From NCBI GenBank assembly GCA_963750165.1, contig CAVVPN010000011.1, positions 1,760,001-1,824,000 of the forward strand: DNA of 64,000 nucleotides, written 5' to 3'. The stretch's first letter is position 1. The number at the start of each line of letters is the position of its first letter. The notes beneath the pieces are model-generated. The model saw only the letters and a program-made list of their open reading frames with translations. It did not search any database and was not told where the DNA came from. This DNA comes from an uncultured Gemmataceae bacterium (GTDB lineage Bacteria; Planctomycetota; Planctomycetia; Gemmatales; Gemmataceae). Of the stretch, positions 26,316 through 36,216 are shown piece after piece. A program made the position numbers and the translations under genes.

Positions 26316-28668
26316 GCCCCGAGAACGATAACCTGGCCAGCCTGCCGTTGCTGGCGCTGAAGAACACGGTCCTGTACCCGTACATGTTCATGCCGCTGTC
26401 GGCTGGCCGGCCCGGCTCGGTGGCGGCCGTCGAGGCGGCGCTGGCGACCGAGGAGAAGGCCCTGGCCGTCTTCGCCCAGCGCGACGCCGCCGTCGATCAG
26501 CCCGGCGGCGACGACCTGTTCCCCATCGGCACCCGCGCCGTCATCAAGAAGATGGCACGGACGCCGGAGGGGGTCGAGATGCTGGTGCAGGGGCTGGAGC
26601 GTGTAACGCTGGTGCGGCTGGAGCAGACGGAGCCGTACCTGCGGGCGCGCGTGCGACCGCTGCCGCTGCCGGAGGACCACGATCCCGAGACGGAGGGGCT
26701 GTACCGGGCCGTTCTCGATCAGGCGGTGCGCATCGTCGAGTTGACGCGGCCACAGGCGCCCATCAACATCGCCCAGCTGGCCGCCGAGGCGGAGAAGCAC
26801 GAGCAGGTGGTCTACCTGCTGGCGTCGCTGCTCAGTCTTGATCTGGCCAAGGAACAGCAGCTGCTGGAGGCGCCGTCGTTGCTGGAGGCGCTGCGTGCCC
26901 TGTACGCGGCGCTGGCCCACGAACTCCAGGTGCTGGAGGTGCGGGCCAAGATTCAGAACCAGGTGGAAACGGAGGTCAACCAGCAGCAGAAGGAGTTCCT
27001 GCTGCGGCAGCAGCTGCGTGCCATTCAGGACGAGCTGGGCGAGACCAACCCGGAGAAGGCCGAGCTGGAGGAACTGCGCAAGCGGCTGGCGGAGGCCGAT
27101 TTGCCCGACGAGGTGCGCAAGGAGGCCGACCACGAGTTCGGCCGTCTGGAGCGGCTGCCGGCCGCCGCGCCGGACTATCAGATCACACGCGGCTACCTTG
27201 AATTCATCCTGGAACTGCCCTGGCGCAAGGGCACCGAGGCAAGTATCGACCTGGAGCACGCCCGCCAGGTGCTGGACGAGGACCACTACGGTTTGAAGGA
27301 CATTAAAGAGCGGATTCTGGAGCACCTGGCGGTGCTGAAGTTGAACCCGAAGGCACGGGCGCCGATCCTGTGCCTGGTGGGGCCGCCGGGGGTGGGCAAG
27401 ACCTCCCTGGGCCAGTCGATCGCGCGGCGCTGGGGCGGAAGTTTGAGCGGCTGAGCCTGGGCGGCATGCACGACGAGGCCGAACTGCGTGGCCACCGCCG
27501 CACGTACATCGGCGCCATGCCGGGCCGGCTGTTGCAGGCGATCCGCCGGGCCGGCGTCAACAACCCCTTGATGATGCTGGACGAGGTGGACAAGGTGGGC
27601 CGCGATTTCCGCGGCGACCCCGCGGCGGCGCTGCTGGAGGTGCTGGACCCGGCGCAGAACAACAACTTCCGCGACAACTACCTGGACCTGGCGTTCGATC
27701 TGTCGCGCGTGTTCTTCATCACGACGGCGAACACGCTGGACACGATCCCGGGGCCGCTGCTGGACCGCATGGAACTGCTGCGGCTGTCGGGCTACAGCGA
27801 GGAGGAGAAGCTGGAGATCGCGCGCCGCTACCTGCTGCCGCGGCAGCTGGCCGAGGCGGGGCTGACACCAGGGGAGTTGCAGGTGTCCGACGAGGCGATC
27901 CGGCGCCTGACGGCGCGCTACACGCGCGAGGCGGGAGTGCGCGAGCTGGAGCGGGGGCTGGGCCGGCTGACGCGCAAGGTGGCGCGGCGCTTCGCGGAGG
28001 GCCACACGGAGCCGGTGGCGATCGGGCCGGAGCAGCTGGCGGAATTGCTGGGCCCGGAGCGCTTCCGGCCGGAGGCGGCACGGCGGCAGCTGGGCGCCGG
28101 CGTGGCGACGGGTTTGGCGTGGACGGAGGCTGGCGGCGAGGTGTTGTACGTGGAGGCGACGCTGCTGCCGGACGGCCACGGCGTTCGGTTGACGGGCCAA
28201 CTCGGCGACGTGATGCGCGAGTCAGCGCGGGCGGCGCAGACGTATGTGTGGAGTCACGCCCGGCAGCTGGGCATCAACCCGGAGCTGTTCCGCAAGGCGG
28301 GGGTGCATATTCATGTGCCGGCGGGCGCGGTGCCGAAGGACGGCCCGAGCGCCGGCGTGGCGATGGTGACGGCGCTGGCGTCGGCGTATGCGGATGTGCC
28401 GGCGCGGCCGGATACTGCGATGACGGGCGAGATCACGCTGAGCGGTCTGGTGCTGCCCATCGGCGGCGTCAAGGAGAAGGTGCTGGCGGCGCGGCGCGTG
28501 GGCATTCACCGCGTCATCCTGCCGCGCGACAACGAGCAGGATTTGCAGGAGTTGCCGGAGCAGGTGCGGCAGGAGATGGAGTTTATTTTGGCGGAGCGCA
28601 TTGAGGACGCGCTGGCGGCGGCGATACCGGACCTGGCGCAGCAGTTGCAGCCGATGGCGCAGGTGTAG
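26312..28668 (+). CDS. lon: ATP-dependent protease Lon (frameshift near 27430)
   Basis: LON N-domain, [42 protein letters not shown]. Confidence 0.95.
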
Positions 28669-28702
28669 GGCCAGAGTAACCCGTAGTGGATGCCGCTGTT
28701 TG

Positions 28703-28757
28703 CCCGGAGGATTCACCACAGAGCACGCGGAGAGCGCTCTGTGGTGAATCCTCCGGG
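28703..28757. repeat. Palindrome of the TCACCACAGAG family (possible bidirectional terminator)
   Basis: CCCGGAGGATTCACCACAGAGC..GCTCTGTGGTGAATCCTCCGGG between convergent genes. Confidence 0.75.
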
Positions 28758-28793
28758 TTAACTCGCAAGCGGTTGAACAGACGCGCACTCGAT

Positions 28794-30137
28794 TCAATTC
28801 CCCCCCAGGCGAATCCTGATTGCCCGCTCCAGCGATTGCAGCGTGTTCGCGTCCAGCGCCCCCTCGTGCCGCCACACGCTCGTCCAGCCGTTCTCGTCGA
28901 TGAGCACCAGGGTCGGCAGGACGCGGACGAAGAAATCGCGCTGTACCGGGCAGTGGCTTTGCGCCAGCAGCAACGGGTAGTTGATGCCCAGCTTCTGCGC
29001 CGTGGCTCGCACTGCCTCGGCCTGGTCGGCCATCGTGGCGCTGGCCTCGTAGGCGATGCCGATCACTTCCAGGCCCGCGGGCCCGTACTTGCTTTGCAGG
29101 GCGACCAGATCCGGGATGGCACGGCGGCACGGCGGGCAGTGCGTCGCCCAGAAGTCGAGCAGGACCAGTTTGCCGCGCTTGCGCTCGCGGTAGATCCACG
29201 GTTGACCGTTCAGGTCGAGCAGCGTGAAGTTGACCAGCTGGCGGCCGACCAGCAGGCACGACGGCACCGCAGCACTGCTGGACGGCGGCGGATTGACGGA
29301 CGACTGCTGCGACGAGGGCACCCACGGTTTCGGCAGTTCCGGCGCCGTCTTCGGCACCGGGGACGGGATCACCACCGGCGGCGGCCGCCATTTCGGGACT
29401 TCCGCGCCGGCGATGCGGTTCGGGTCCACCGCGGGCGTCGGCTTGGTGGCGTAGGGGACGGTTTCCCAGCGCTGTTGTGGCGACGGTTGCACCTTGACCG
29501 TCGGCCGGGCGGAATCCGGCACCTGCACCTGGACGGTCGGCACCTCCCAGACGGGCACCTGCGCCGACGCCTGCTCGGCCCCGGTGGCGGCCGGCTTCTT
29601 GCTGTCGTCTTTCTTCTCCTTCTTCTTCGGCTGGAAGGCGGGCGGGTCTGGCAGCGGCGGCGTGTTCGGCGATACCTGGTCTTCACTCACCCGAATGATC
29701 GCACGGATGTTGGGCGTCTGGTAAAAGGCCGTACCCGCCAGCAGACGGTTGCCCTGCTTGCCGCGGGCGATCAACTTGTAGTGTCGGCCGGGCTTCAGGC
29801 CCTGGATGGTGAAATTGCCGAAGGCGTCCGTCTTCACGTCGATGCCCTTGTCGTTGCTGTCCTCCGCGCAGGAGAAGAGGACGTAGGACTCGGCGGGCGG
29901 CAGGCCGGTCTGCTTGATGATGACCTGGCCGGCGAGGAAGCCGGCGGTATCCACCGTGGGGCTGGCGTTCAACGGATCGACGGGCTCGCCCTTCTTGGGC
30001 CCGACGGCGACGTTGACGCCGACATTGCCGCCGCCGGGGGCAAAGTTGTTCCCGGCCGGGCGGCGGTTGAACAACTCGCAACCGCCCAGACCAAGGCAGA
30101 CCCCAACCATCAATACAACGCAGGGCACGACGCGCAC
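28794..30137 (-). CDS. Lipoprotein with carboxypeptidase-regulatory-like domain, Pro-rich linker and TlpA-type thioredoxin domain
   Basis: Lipobox LGGC, GNFTIQGLKPG, LDFWATHCPPC, LPTLVLID. Confidence 0.8.
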   Translation of the reverse strand: MRVVPCVVLMVGVCLGLGGCELFNRRPAGNNFAPGGGNVGVNVAVGPKKGEPVDPLNASPTVDTAGFLAGQVIIKQTGLPPAESYVLFSCAEDSNDKGIDVKTDAFGNFTIQGLKPGRHYKLIARGKQGNRLLAGTAFYQTPNIRAIIRVSEDQVSPNTPPLPDPPAFQPKKKEKKDDSKKPAATGAEQASAQVPVWEVPTVQVQVPDSARPTVKVQPSPQQRWETVPYATKPTPAVDPNRIAGAEVPKWRPPPVVIPSPVPKTAPELPKPWVPSSQQSSVNPPPSSSAAVPSCLLVGRQLVNFTLLDLNGQPWIYRERKRGKLVLLDFWATHCPPCRRAIPDLVALQSKYGPAGLEVIGIAYEASATMADQAEAVRATAQKLGINYPLLLAQSHCPVQRDFFVRVLPTLVLIDENGWTSVWRHEGALDANTLQSLERAIRIRLGGN

Positions 30138-30490
30138 GGCTTGGCCCTCGCTTCTCGTTCGAGCATCAAAGTGGGTAAACTCAGAGTCGGTCCCGGGGTG
30201 CCGGACTTGCCGCACCCCGCTTCGCACCGGGCCGTCAAGAGACGCGGCCCGGCGAAGATGGGAAAACCTACAGCCCGCGACCCGCGACGGCCCGTCTTCT
30301 ATCATCGAACCGCGCCAACCGGCAGCTTGAGCAAAATCGGCGACAACGCCGGGAGCCGCGGCCGGGGCGACGCTGAAGTGCAGGCGCCGCCGCAGGCACG
30401 CGGGTCGATCGGTTCGCCCGGCTGGCCCATCCGAGACACGGGGGCCGTCCGAGGCTACAAAATTCTTTCCCCCAATTCGCGCCGCGTCAA

Positions 30491-33435
30491 ATGAAAGCGA
30501 GGGCCGCCAAGGTGGAATGGATCCGCGTGCGCGGAGCGCGCGAGCACAACCTGAACAATGTGGACGTGGACCTGCCGCGCGACCGGCTGACGGTGCTGAC
30601 CGGCCCCAGCGGTTCGGGCAAGAGTTCGCTGGCGTTCGACACGCTGTTCGCCGAGGGGCAGCGTCGCTACCTGGAGACGCTGCGCGGCGACGCCCGGCGC
30701 GCTTCGAGCAGTTACCACGGCCGGACGCCGATGTCATCGACGGCCTGCCGCCGACGCTGAGTGTGGCCCAGCACAGCGGCAGCGTCAGCCCCCGCAGCAC
30801 CCTCGCCACCCTCACCGAGATCCACGATCACCTGCGGCTGCTGTGGGCCCGCCTGGGTACGCCGCACTGCTGGCAGTGTGGGGCGCCCATCCGCCGGCAC
30901 ACCATCCCCGAGATCGTGCGGCAGACGCTGGCCCTGCCGGAGGGGGCGAAGATTTACCTCCTGGCCCCGGTGGTGCGCGGCGCGAAGGGCGACCACGCCG
31001 AGGTGTTTCAGCAGTTGCGGCAGGCGGGCTTCCTGCGGGCGCGCGTGGACGGTGTGCTGACGGAGGTGCGCGACAACCCGCGACTGAACCCGAAGGTGAG
31101 CCACACCATCGACTGGGTGGTGGACCGGTTGGTGGTGAGGCCGGGCATCGAGGAGCGGCTGACGGAGTCGCTACGGACGGCGGCCCGGCACGGCAACGGC
31201 AGCGTCATTGTCACGCACGCCGAGGAAGGCGACTGGACCGACCTGACGTTCAGCACGCGCTACGCCTGCCCCAACTGCCAGATCAGCTACGACGAACTGA
31301 CACCACGCAGCTTCAGCTTCAACAATCCGCAGGCGGCGTGCCCGCGCTGCGACGGCCTCGGCGTGGTGCTGGAGCTGGACCCGCAGCGAGTGGTGCCGCG
31401 CCGCGATCTGCCGTTGTCGCAATTGCTGAGCCGGCTGAAGGAGCAGACCGGCGGACGCGTCAAGCTGTCGAAGGCGGAGCAGGCGACGCTGCTGGAGTTG
31501 CTGGAGACGTTCCCGACGCCGCCGGGCGTGGCGTGGGGGCCGAAGACGCCGCTGGCGCTGTGGCCGGAAGCGGTATTCGCGGTGCTGCTGCACGGCCGCG
31601 ACGACACGGTGCCGCCGCTGCCGGGACTGCTGCCGCAGCTGCGCCGGCTGGGTGAAGCGGAAGACGGCGCGGACGGTGACAGCCCGTTGACACTGGACGA
31701 CTTCGCGGGGCAGCTGCCGTGTCCGGAGTGCGGCGGGGCGCGGCTGCGGCCGGAGGCGCGATCGGTGCGCTTCGCCGGACGCGCGCTGCATGAGGTCACG
31801 GCGCTGACGGTGGACGCGGCGCTGGCGTGGTTCTCTTCCGCCGCTTGCGGCTTGGCGGGGAGCGCCTCGCTGGCGCTCCCCGCCAAGCCGCAAGCGGCAG
31901 ACCAGACGGCGCAGAGCGCCATCAAAACCGTCCTCTTCCGCGAAATCACGCACCGGCTGCACTTCCTGCAAGAAGTCGGCCTCGGCTACCTGACGCTGGA
32001 CCGGCCGGCGCCGACGCTCTCGGGCGGCGAGGCGCAGCGGGCGCGACTGGCGACATACCTGGGCGCCGGTCTGCTCGGCGTCTGTTACATCCTCGACGAG
32101 CCGACCATTGGTCTGCACCCGCGCGACACAGCCCGGCTGCTGGCGGCGCTGCGCGGCCTGCAGACCGGCGGCAACACTGTCGTGGTCGTCGAGCACGACG
32201 AGGCGGTCATGCGTGCCGCCGACTACCTCATTGACATGGGGCCGGGCGCCGGCCGCAACGGTGGCCGCGTGGTGGCGCACGGTACCGTCGCGGAGGTGCT
32301 GCGCAATCCGGAATCGCTGACGGCGGCCTATTTACGTGGCACAGGCGTCCCGCCTGTGGAGGTATCCACAGGCGGGACGCCTGTGCCACGGTCGCGGGCG
32401 TTGGTGGTGCGCGGCGGCCGGCACCACAACCTCAAGGACATCACCGTGGCGTTTCCGCTCGGCGGCCTGATCTGCGTGACGGGCGTGAGCGGTTCGGGCA
32501 AGAGTTCGCTGGTGCGCGATACGCTGTGCCCGGCGGTACGGCGGCACCTCGGCCTGAACGCGCCGCCGCCCGGCGCCCACGACGCCATCGACGGCCTGGA
32601 TCACATCGACAAAATCATCGAGGTCGATCAGGCGCCGCTGGGCCGTTCAGCGCGGTCGAACCCGGCGACCTACACGGGCGTCTTCGACGAGATCCGAAAA
32701 ATCTTCGCCAGCACGCGCGAGGCGAAGTTGCGTGGCTACGGCCCGAGTCGCTTCAGTTTCAACGTGCGTGGCGGCCGTTGCGAGGAGTGCCAGGGCCAGG
32801 GCGTGCGCCGCGTGGCCCTGCACCTGCTGCCGGACCTGACGGTGCCCTGCCCGGTGTGCCACGGCAAGCGCTTCACGCGGCCGACGCTGGAAATCCGCTA
32901 CCGCGGCCTGTCGATCGCGGACGTGCTGGACCTGTCGGTGCAGGCGGCGCGCGCGACTTTTGAAAATATCCCCCACCTGGTGCGACCGCTGCAGGCGCTG
33001 GTGGACGTGGGCCTGGGTTACCTGAAGTTGGGGCAGGCATCGAGTGCGCTGTCGGGCGGCGAGGCGCAGCGGGTGAAGTTGGCGGCGGAACTGGCGCGGG
33101 CGGCAACGGGGCGGACACTGTTCGTGCTGGACGAGCCGACGACGGGACTGCACTTCGGCGACGTGGCGGTGCTGCTGGGCGTGCTGCGGCGGTTGACAAT
33201 GCCGGGCAACACGGTGGTAGTGATCGAACACCACCTGGACGTGATCGCGGCGGCGGACTGGGTGATCGACCTGGGGCCGGAGGCGGGCGCCGCGGGTGGC
33301 CGGCTGATCGTGGCCGGCACGCCGGCAGACGTGGCGGCGTGTCTGGAGAGCATCACGGGACGTTACCTGGCGATGAGCGGGCAGGGAAACGCGAGCAACC
33401 CTTCCCGCCTTGACAGCGGAGCGCCGCTCCACTAA
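30491..33435 (+). CDS. uvrA: Excinuclease ABC subunit A (frameshift near 30700)
   Basis: GAREHNL, two GxSGSGKSS motifs, two [13 protein letters not shown], zinc fingers. Confidence 0.95.
31840..31898. repeat. Perfect 27-bp-stem palindrome inside uvrA
   Basis: GCCGCTTGCGGCTTGGCGGGGAGCGCC-tcgct-reverse complement. Arms match the intergenic element at 24503. Confidence 0.85.
32335..32390. repeat. Perfect 26-bp-stem palindrome inside uvrA
   Basis: CGTGGCACAGGCGTCCCGCCTGTGGA-ggta-reverse complement, in the linker between the two ABC halves. Confidence 0.85.
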
Positions 33436-33448
33436 AAGGGAAGAAGCT

Positions 33449-33521
33449 GCCCCCATCGTCTAGCGGCCTAGGACATTGCCCTCTCACGGCAAAGACAGGG
33501 GTTCGAGTCCCCTTGGGGGTA
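33449..33521 (+). tRNA. tRNA-Glu(CTC)
   Basis: GCCCCCATCGTCTAGCGGCCTAGGAC..TTGCC-CTCTCAC-GGCAA..GGTTCGAGTCC..TGGGGGTA. TTGACA-17-TAAAAG upstream. Confidence 0.96.
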
Positions 33522-33669
33522 TTGGTGTACACTGTAGGTGATTGACCACAGTTGACAGGATTTGCACAAAGCTCCTGGTTTCAGGGGCTTTGTGCGTTTC
33601 CGGGGAATGCTGACAATTCTCGACAGCCGCTGACTGCACCGCTTTCTGCACCACTTTTTCCAGCACGCG

Positions 33670-34036
33670 AAGGCCACGCCGCGACGCCGGCCCGCCGGAT
33701 GATGCGCAACAACTGCGTGCGGAGATTCTGGTTGGTGTCGCGGTAGCGGTTGATGAGAAAGACGGTCCCCGGTTCGGAGCGCTCGAAAGCGTCTTCCATG
33801 TAGGGCCGCAGTTCCGGAAAGATCGGCACCCAGCGCTCGCTGCCGCCTTCGTGGTGTTCCGTCTTTGGACTGCGGACCAGGAAGCGGCCGCGTTCCCAAT
33901 CTACCTCTCCCCAGCGCAGCGGCAGCAACTCGGATGGCCAGCGAACCCCGCTGAAACGGCACAGCGCCACAATGAGCCGCCATTCCGCGTCCGGGCAGGC
34001 GTCCAGAATCCGCCGCGTCGTTTCCTGTGTGACAAA
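33670..34036 (-). pseudogene. Tyrosine integrase fragment next to the 3' end of tRNA-Glu
   Basis: ILDACPDAEWRLIVALCRFSGVRWPSELLPLRWGEVDW..SPKTE..R.VPIFPEL. No start codon and no catalytic C-terminal H/R/Y region. Confidence 0.8.
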
Positions 34037-34101
34037 GCCTGGTCTCCAGACGGCTCTGGAGAGCCGTCCCACGGTCGCACAGCCTGTTCCCTGAACCTGC
34101 G

Positions 34102-34872
34102 CTAGTAAGGGAACGCCTCGTCCATTGTCGCCGCGGCCAACTCCACCAGGAAATTCGCCAACCGCTCCACCATCACTTCCATCAGCTGCCGTCCCTTCTC
34201 CGCGGTCGCCGCCGACGGGTCTCCCATGCCGGTGTTGGCGCTCACCAGATGCCACGGCCGCGTGATGCTCACCCAGCCGCGGTTGATCGCCTCGAAGCGC
34301 GACGGCTTCGCCGCTCCGTTGTCCGCCAGCTCCGGCCGCACCAGTTCCGGGAAGTACGCCAGCCCCAAACTCGTCTCCACCTCGTCGGCGTGCTCGCCGG
34401 GCCGCTCGAAAATCTTCGGATACACGTCGGTGGCCATGCGGAACCAGTCGCAGACGCACAGGAACACCTTGCTGGTGTGGTGCAACTGGCGTGTCAGCGG
34501 TTTCAGTTCGTTGCCGCCGTGGCCGTTGAGCAGCACCAGTTTGCGGACGCCCTGCCGCCCGAGCGAGTCGGCCAGGTCGGTCAGCAGAGCGAGCAGCGTG
34601 GTCGGCGTGACGCTGCACGCCAGGCCGCCAGGCACCTTCAGGTGGTTGGTGTTGACGCCGAAGGGGATGGTCGGCAGCAGCAGTACCCTGGCCCCCGCCT
34701 GATAGGCGCGGCCGCAGACGCGCTGGCCGATGGCCTCGACCTGGTAGTTATCAGTGCCGTAGGGCATGTGCAGGTTGTGCGGCTCGGTCGCGCCGAACGG
34801 CAGCACTGCCACCTGCCACTGTCGCTCGCGCAGGCAGGCGTGATTCTGCTCCGCCAGGATCCATTCGCGCAT
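34102..34872 (-). CDS. Creatininase family amidohydrolase
   Basis: LPFGATEPHNLHMPYGTD, NGHGGN, EHADEVETS, GDPSAATAEKG. Confidence 0.9.
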   Translation of the reverse strand: MREWILAEQNHACLRERQWQVAVLPFGATEPHNLHMPYGTDNYQVEAIGQRVCGRAYQAGARVLLLPTIPFGVNTNHLKVPGGLACSVTPTTLLALLTDLADSLGRQGVRKLVLLNGHGGNELKPLTRQLHHTSKVFLCVCDWFRMATDVYPKIFERPGEHADEVETSLGLAYFPELVRPELADNGAAKPSRFEAINRGWVSITRPWHLVSANTGMGDPSAATAEKGRQLMEVMVERLANFLVELAAATMDEAFPY

Positions 34873-34921
34873 CGTCGTCCCCCCGGTTGCCATCCGCGTC
34901 GCTGTCGCCATACCATCCATT

Positions 34922-35605
34922 ATGAGAGTCTTGCTCACCAATGACGACGGGATTGACGCCCCAGGCCTGCAAGCGCTGCTGGAGGCGGTGCAGCCGCTGG
35001 GCGAGCCAGTGGTGGTGGCGCCGCTGGAGCACCTGTCCGGTTGCAGCCACCGGGTCACGACGCAGGCACCCTTGCGGCTGCACGCACGCCGCGAACGGCA
35101 CCTGGCCATCGACGGCACGCCGGCGGACTGTGTGCGTGTTGGCCTGCACCTGGAGTCGGGCATCGACTGGGTGCTGTCGGGCATCAACGAGGGCGGCAAC
35201 CTTGGCGCGGATGTGCATATTTCCGGCACGGTGGCGGCGGTGCGCGAGGCGGTGCTGCACGGCAAACCGGGGGTGGCGTTGTCGCACTACCACCGCCGCG
35301 GCGGCCACATCGACTGGGCGACGGCGGCGGCGTGGGTGCGGTCGGTGCTGCTCGAGTTGCTGGCGCGACCGTGGACGCCGGGCACGTTCTGGAACGTGAA
35401 TCTGCCGCACCTGGAAGCGGGGGCGGCGCGGCCGGAGGTGGTGTTCTGTCCGCTGGAGCCGGGGCCGCTGCCGCTGAGCTTCCGCCGCGAGGGTGACCTG
35501 CTGCACTACAACGGCGACTACCACCAGCGTGGCCGCCGCAGTGGCAGCGACGTGGACGTTTGTTTCGGAGGCAAAATCGCAGTCACGGAACTGCGACTAT
35601 TCTAA
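34922..35605 (+). CDS. surE: 5'/3'-nucleotidase SurE
   Basis: LLTNDDGIDAPG, DGTPADCV, SGINEGGNLG, SGTVAAVREA. Confidence 0.95.
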   Translation: MRVLLTNDDGIDAPGLQALLEAVQPLGEPVVVAPLEHLSGCSHRVTTQAPLRLHARRERHLAIDGTPADCVRVGLHLESGIDWVLSGINEGGNLGADVHISGTVAAVREAVLHGKPGVALSHYHRRGGHIDWATAAAWVRSVLLELLARPWTPGTFWNVNLPHLEAGAARPEVVFCPLEPGPLPLSFRREGDLLHYNGDYHQRGRRSGSDVDVCFGGKIAVTELRLF

Positions 35606-35652
35606 AAAAAATCACCACGGAGCGCTCTCCGCGCGCTCCGTGGTGATTTTTT
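35606..35652. terminator. Bidirectional terminator-like palindrome (TCACCAC family)
   Basis: AAAAAATCACCACGGAGCGC..GCGCTCCGTGGTGATTTTTT between convergent surE and rplU. Confidence 0.7.
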
Positions 35653-35664
35653 CCCGAGAGCCTT

Positions 35665-36051
35665 TCACGCCGGGGCGCCGGCCGGCTGCTCCTGTTGCTC
35701 TGGCTGCTCTTGCTGCTCCTGTTCGGCGGGCGGTTGCATACCCGGCAGCAGGATGTGTAGGATTTCCACCGCGGTGTACGGCTGGCGGTGACCGCGCAGC
35801 CGGCGGTAATTCTTGCGGCGGCGGAAGTGCTGGATGTACAACTTCGTGGACGGGTGATCGATCACCTCGGCCAGGACCCGCATTCCCTCGATCACCGGCT
35901 GACCGATGCGTGTGTCGCCCTCGTTCTGGTACAGCAGCACGCGGTTGAACTCCACCGAGTCGCCGATTTCCGCGTCGCGATAATCCAGCCGCACCACGTC
36001 GCCTTCGCTCACCATGTACTGGCGCGAACCGTCTTCAAAAATCGCATACAT
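35665..36051 (-). CDS. rplU: 50S ribosomal protein L21 (bL21)
   Basis: MYAIFEDGSRQYMVSEGD..RRRKNYRRLRGHRQPYT. Confidence 0.95.
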   Translation of the reverse strand: MYAIFEDGSRQYMVSEGDVVRLDYRDAEIGDSVEFNRVLLYQNEGDTRIGQPVIEGMRVLAEVIDHPSTKLYIQHFRRRKNYRRLRGHRQPYTAVEILHILLPGMQPPAEQEQQEQPEQQEQPAGAPA

Positions 36052-36216
36052 GTGTCCTGGATCCCCTGCGGGCACTGCGTGTTTCCTTAAACAGCCATGA
36101 TAGGGATCGGCGACGGTGGCGGCTACCGCAAATCCTCACGCCGCGCCGCGCCGCGTTGCGAGCTATAGTTGACTGGCGACTCGTTGCCCGCGGTTGTTTT
36201 CCACAGGATGGACTGC

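Noticed and set aside
35665..36051. rplU without adjacent rpmA
   Set aside because: Noted, but separation of these genes occurs in various lineages and nothing else here suggests novelty.
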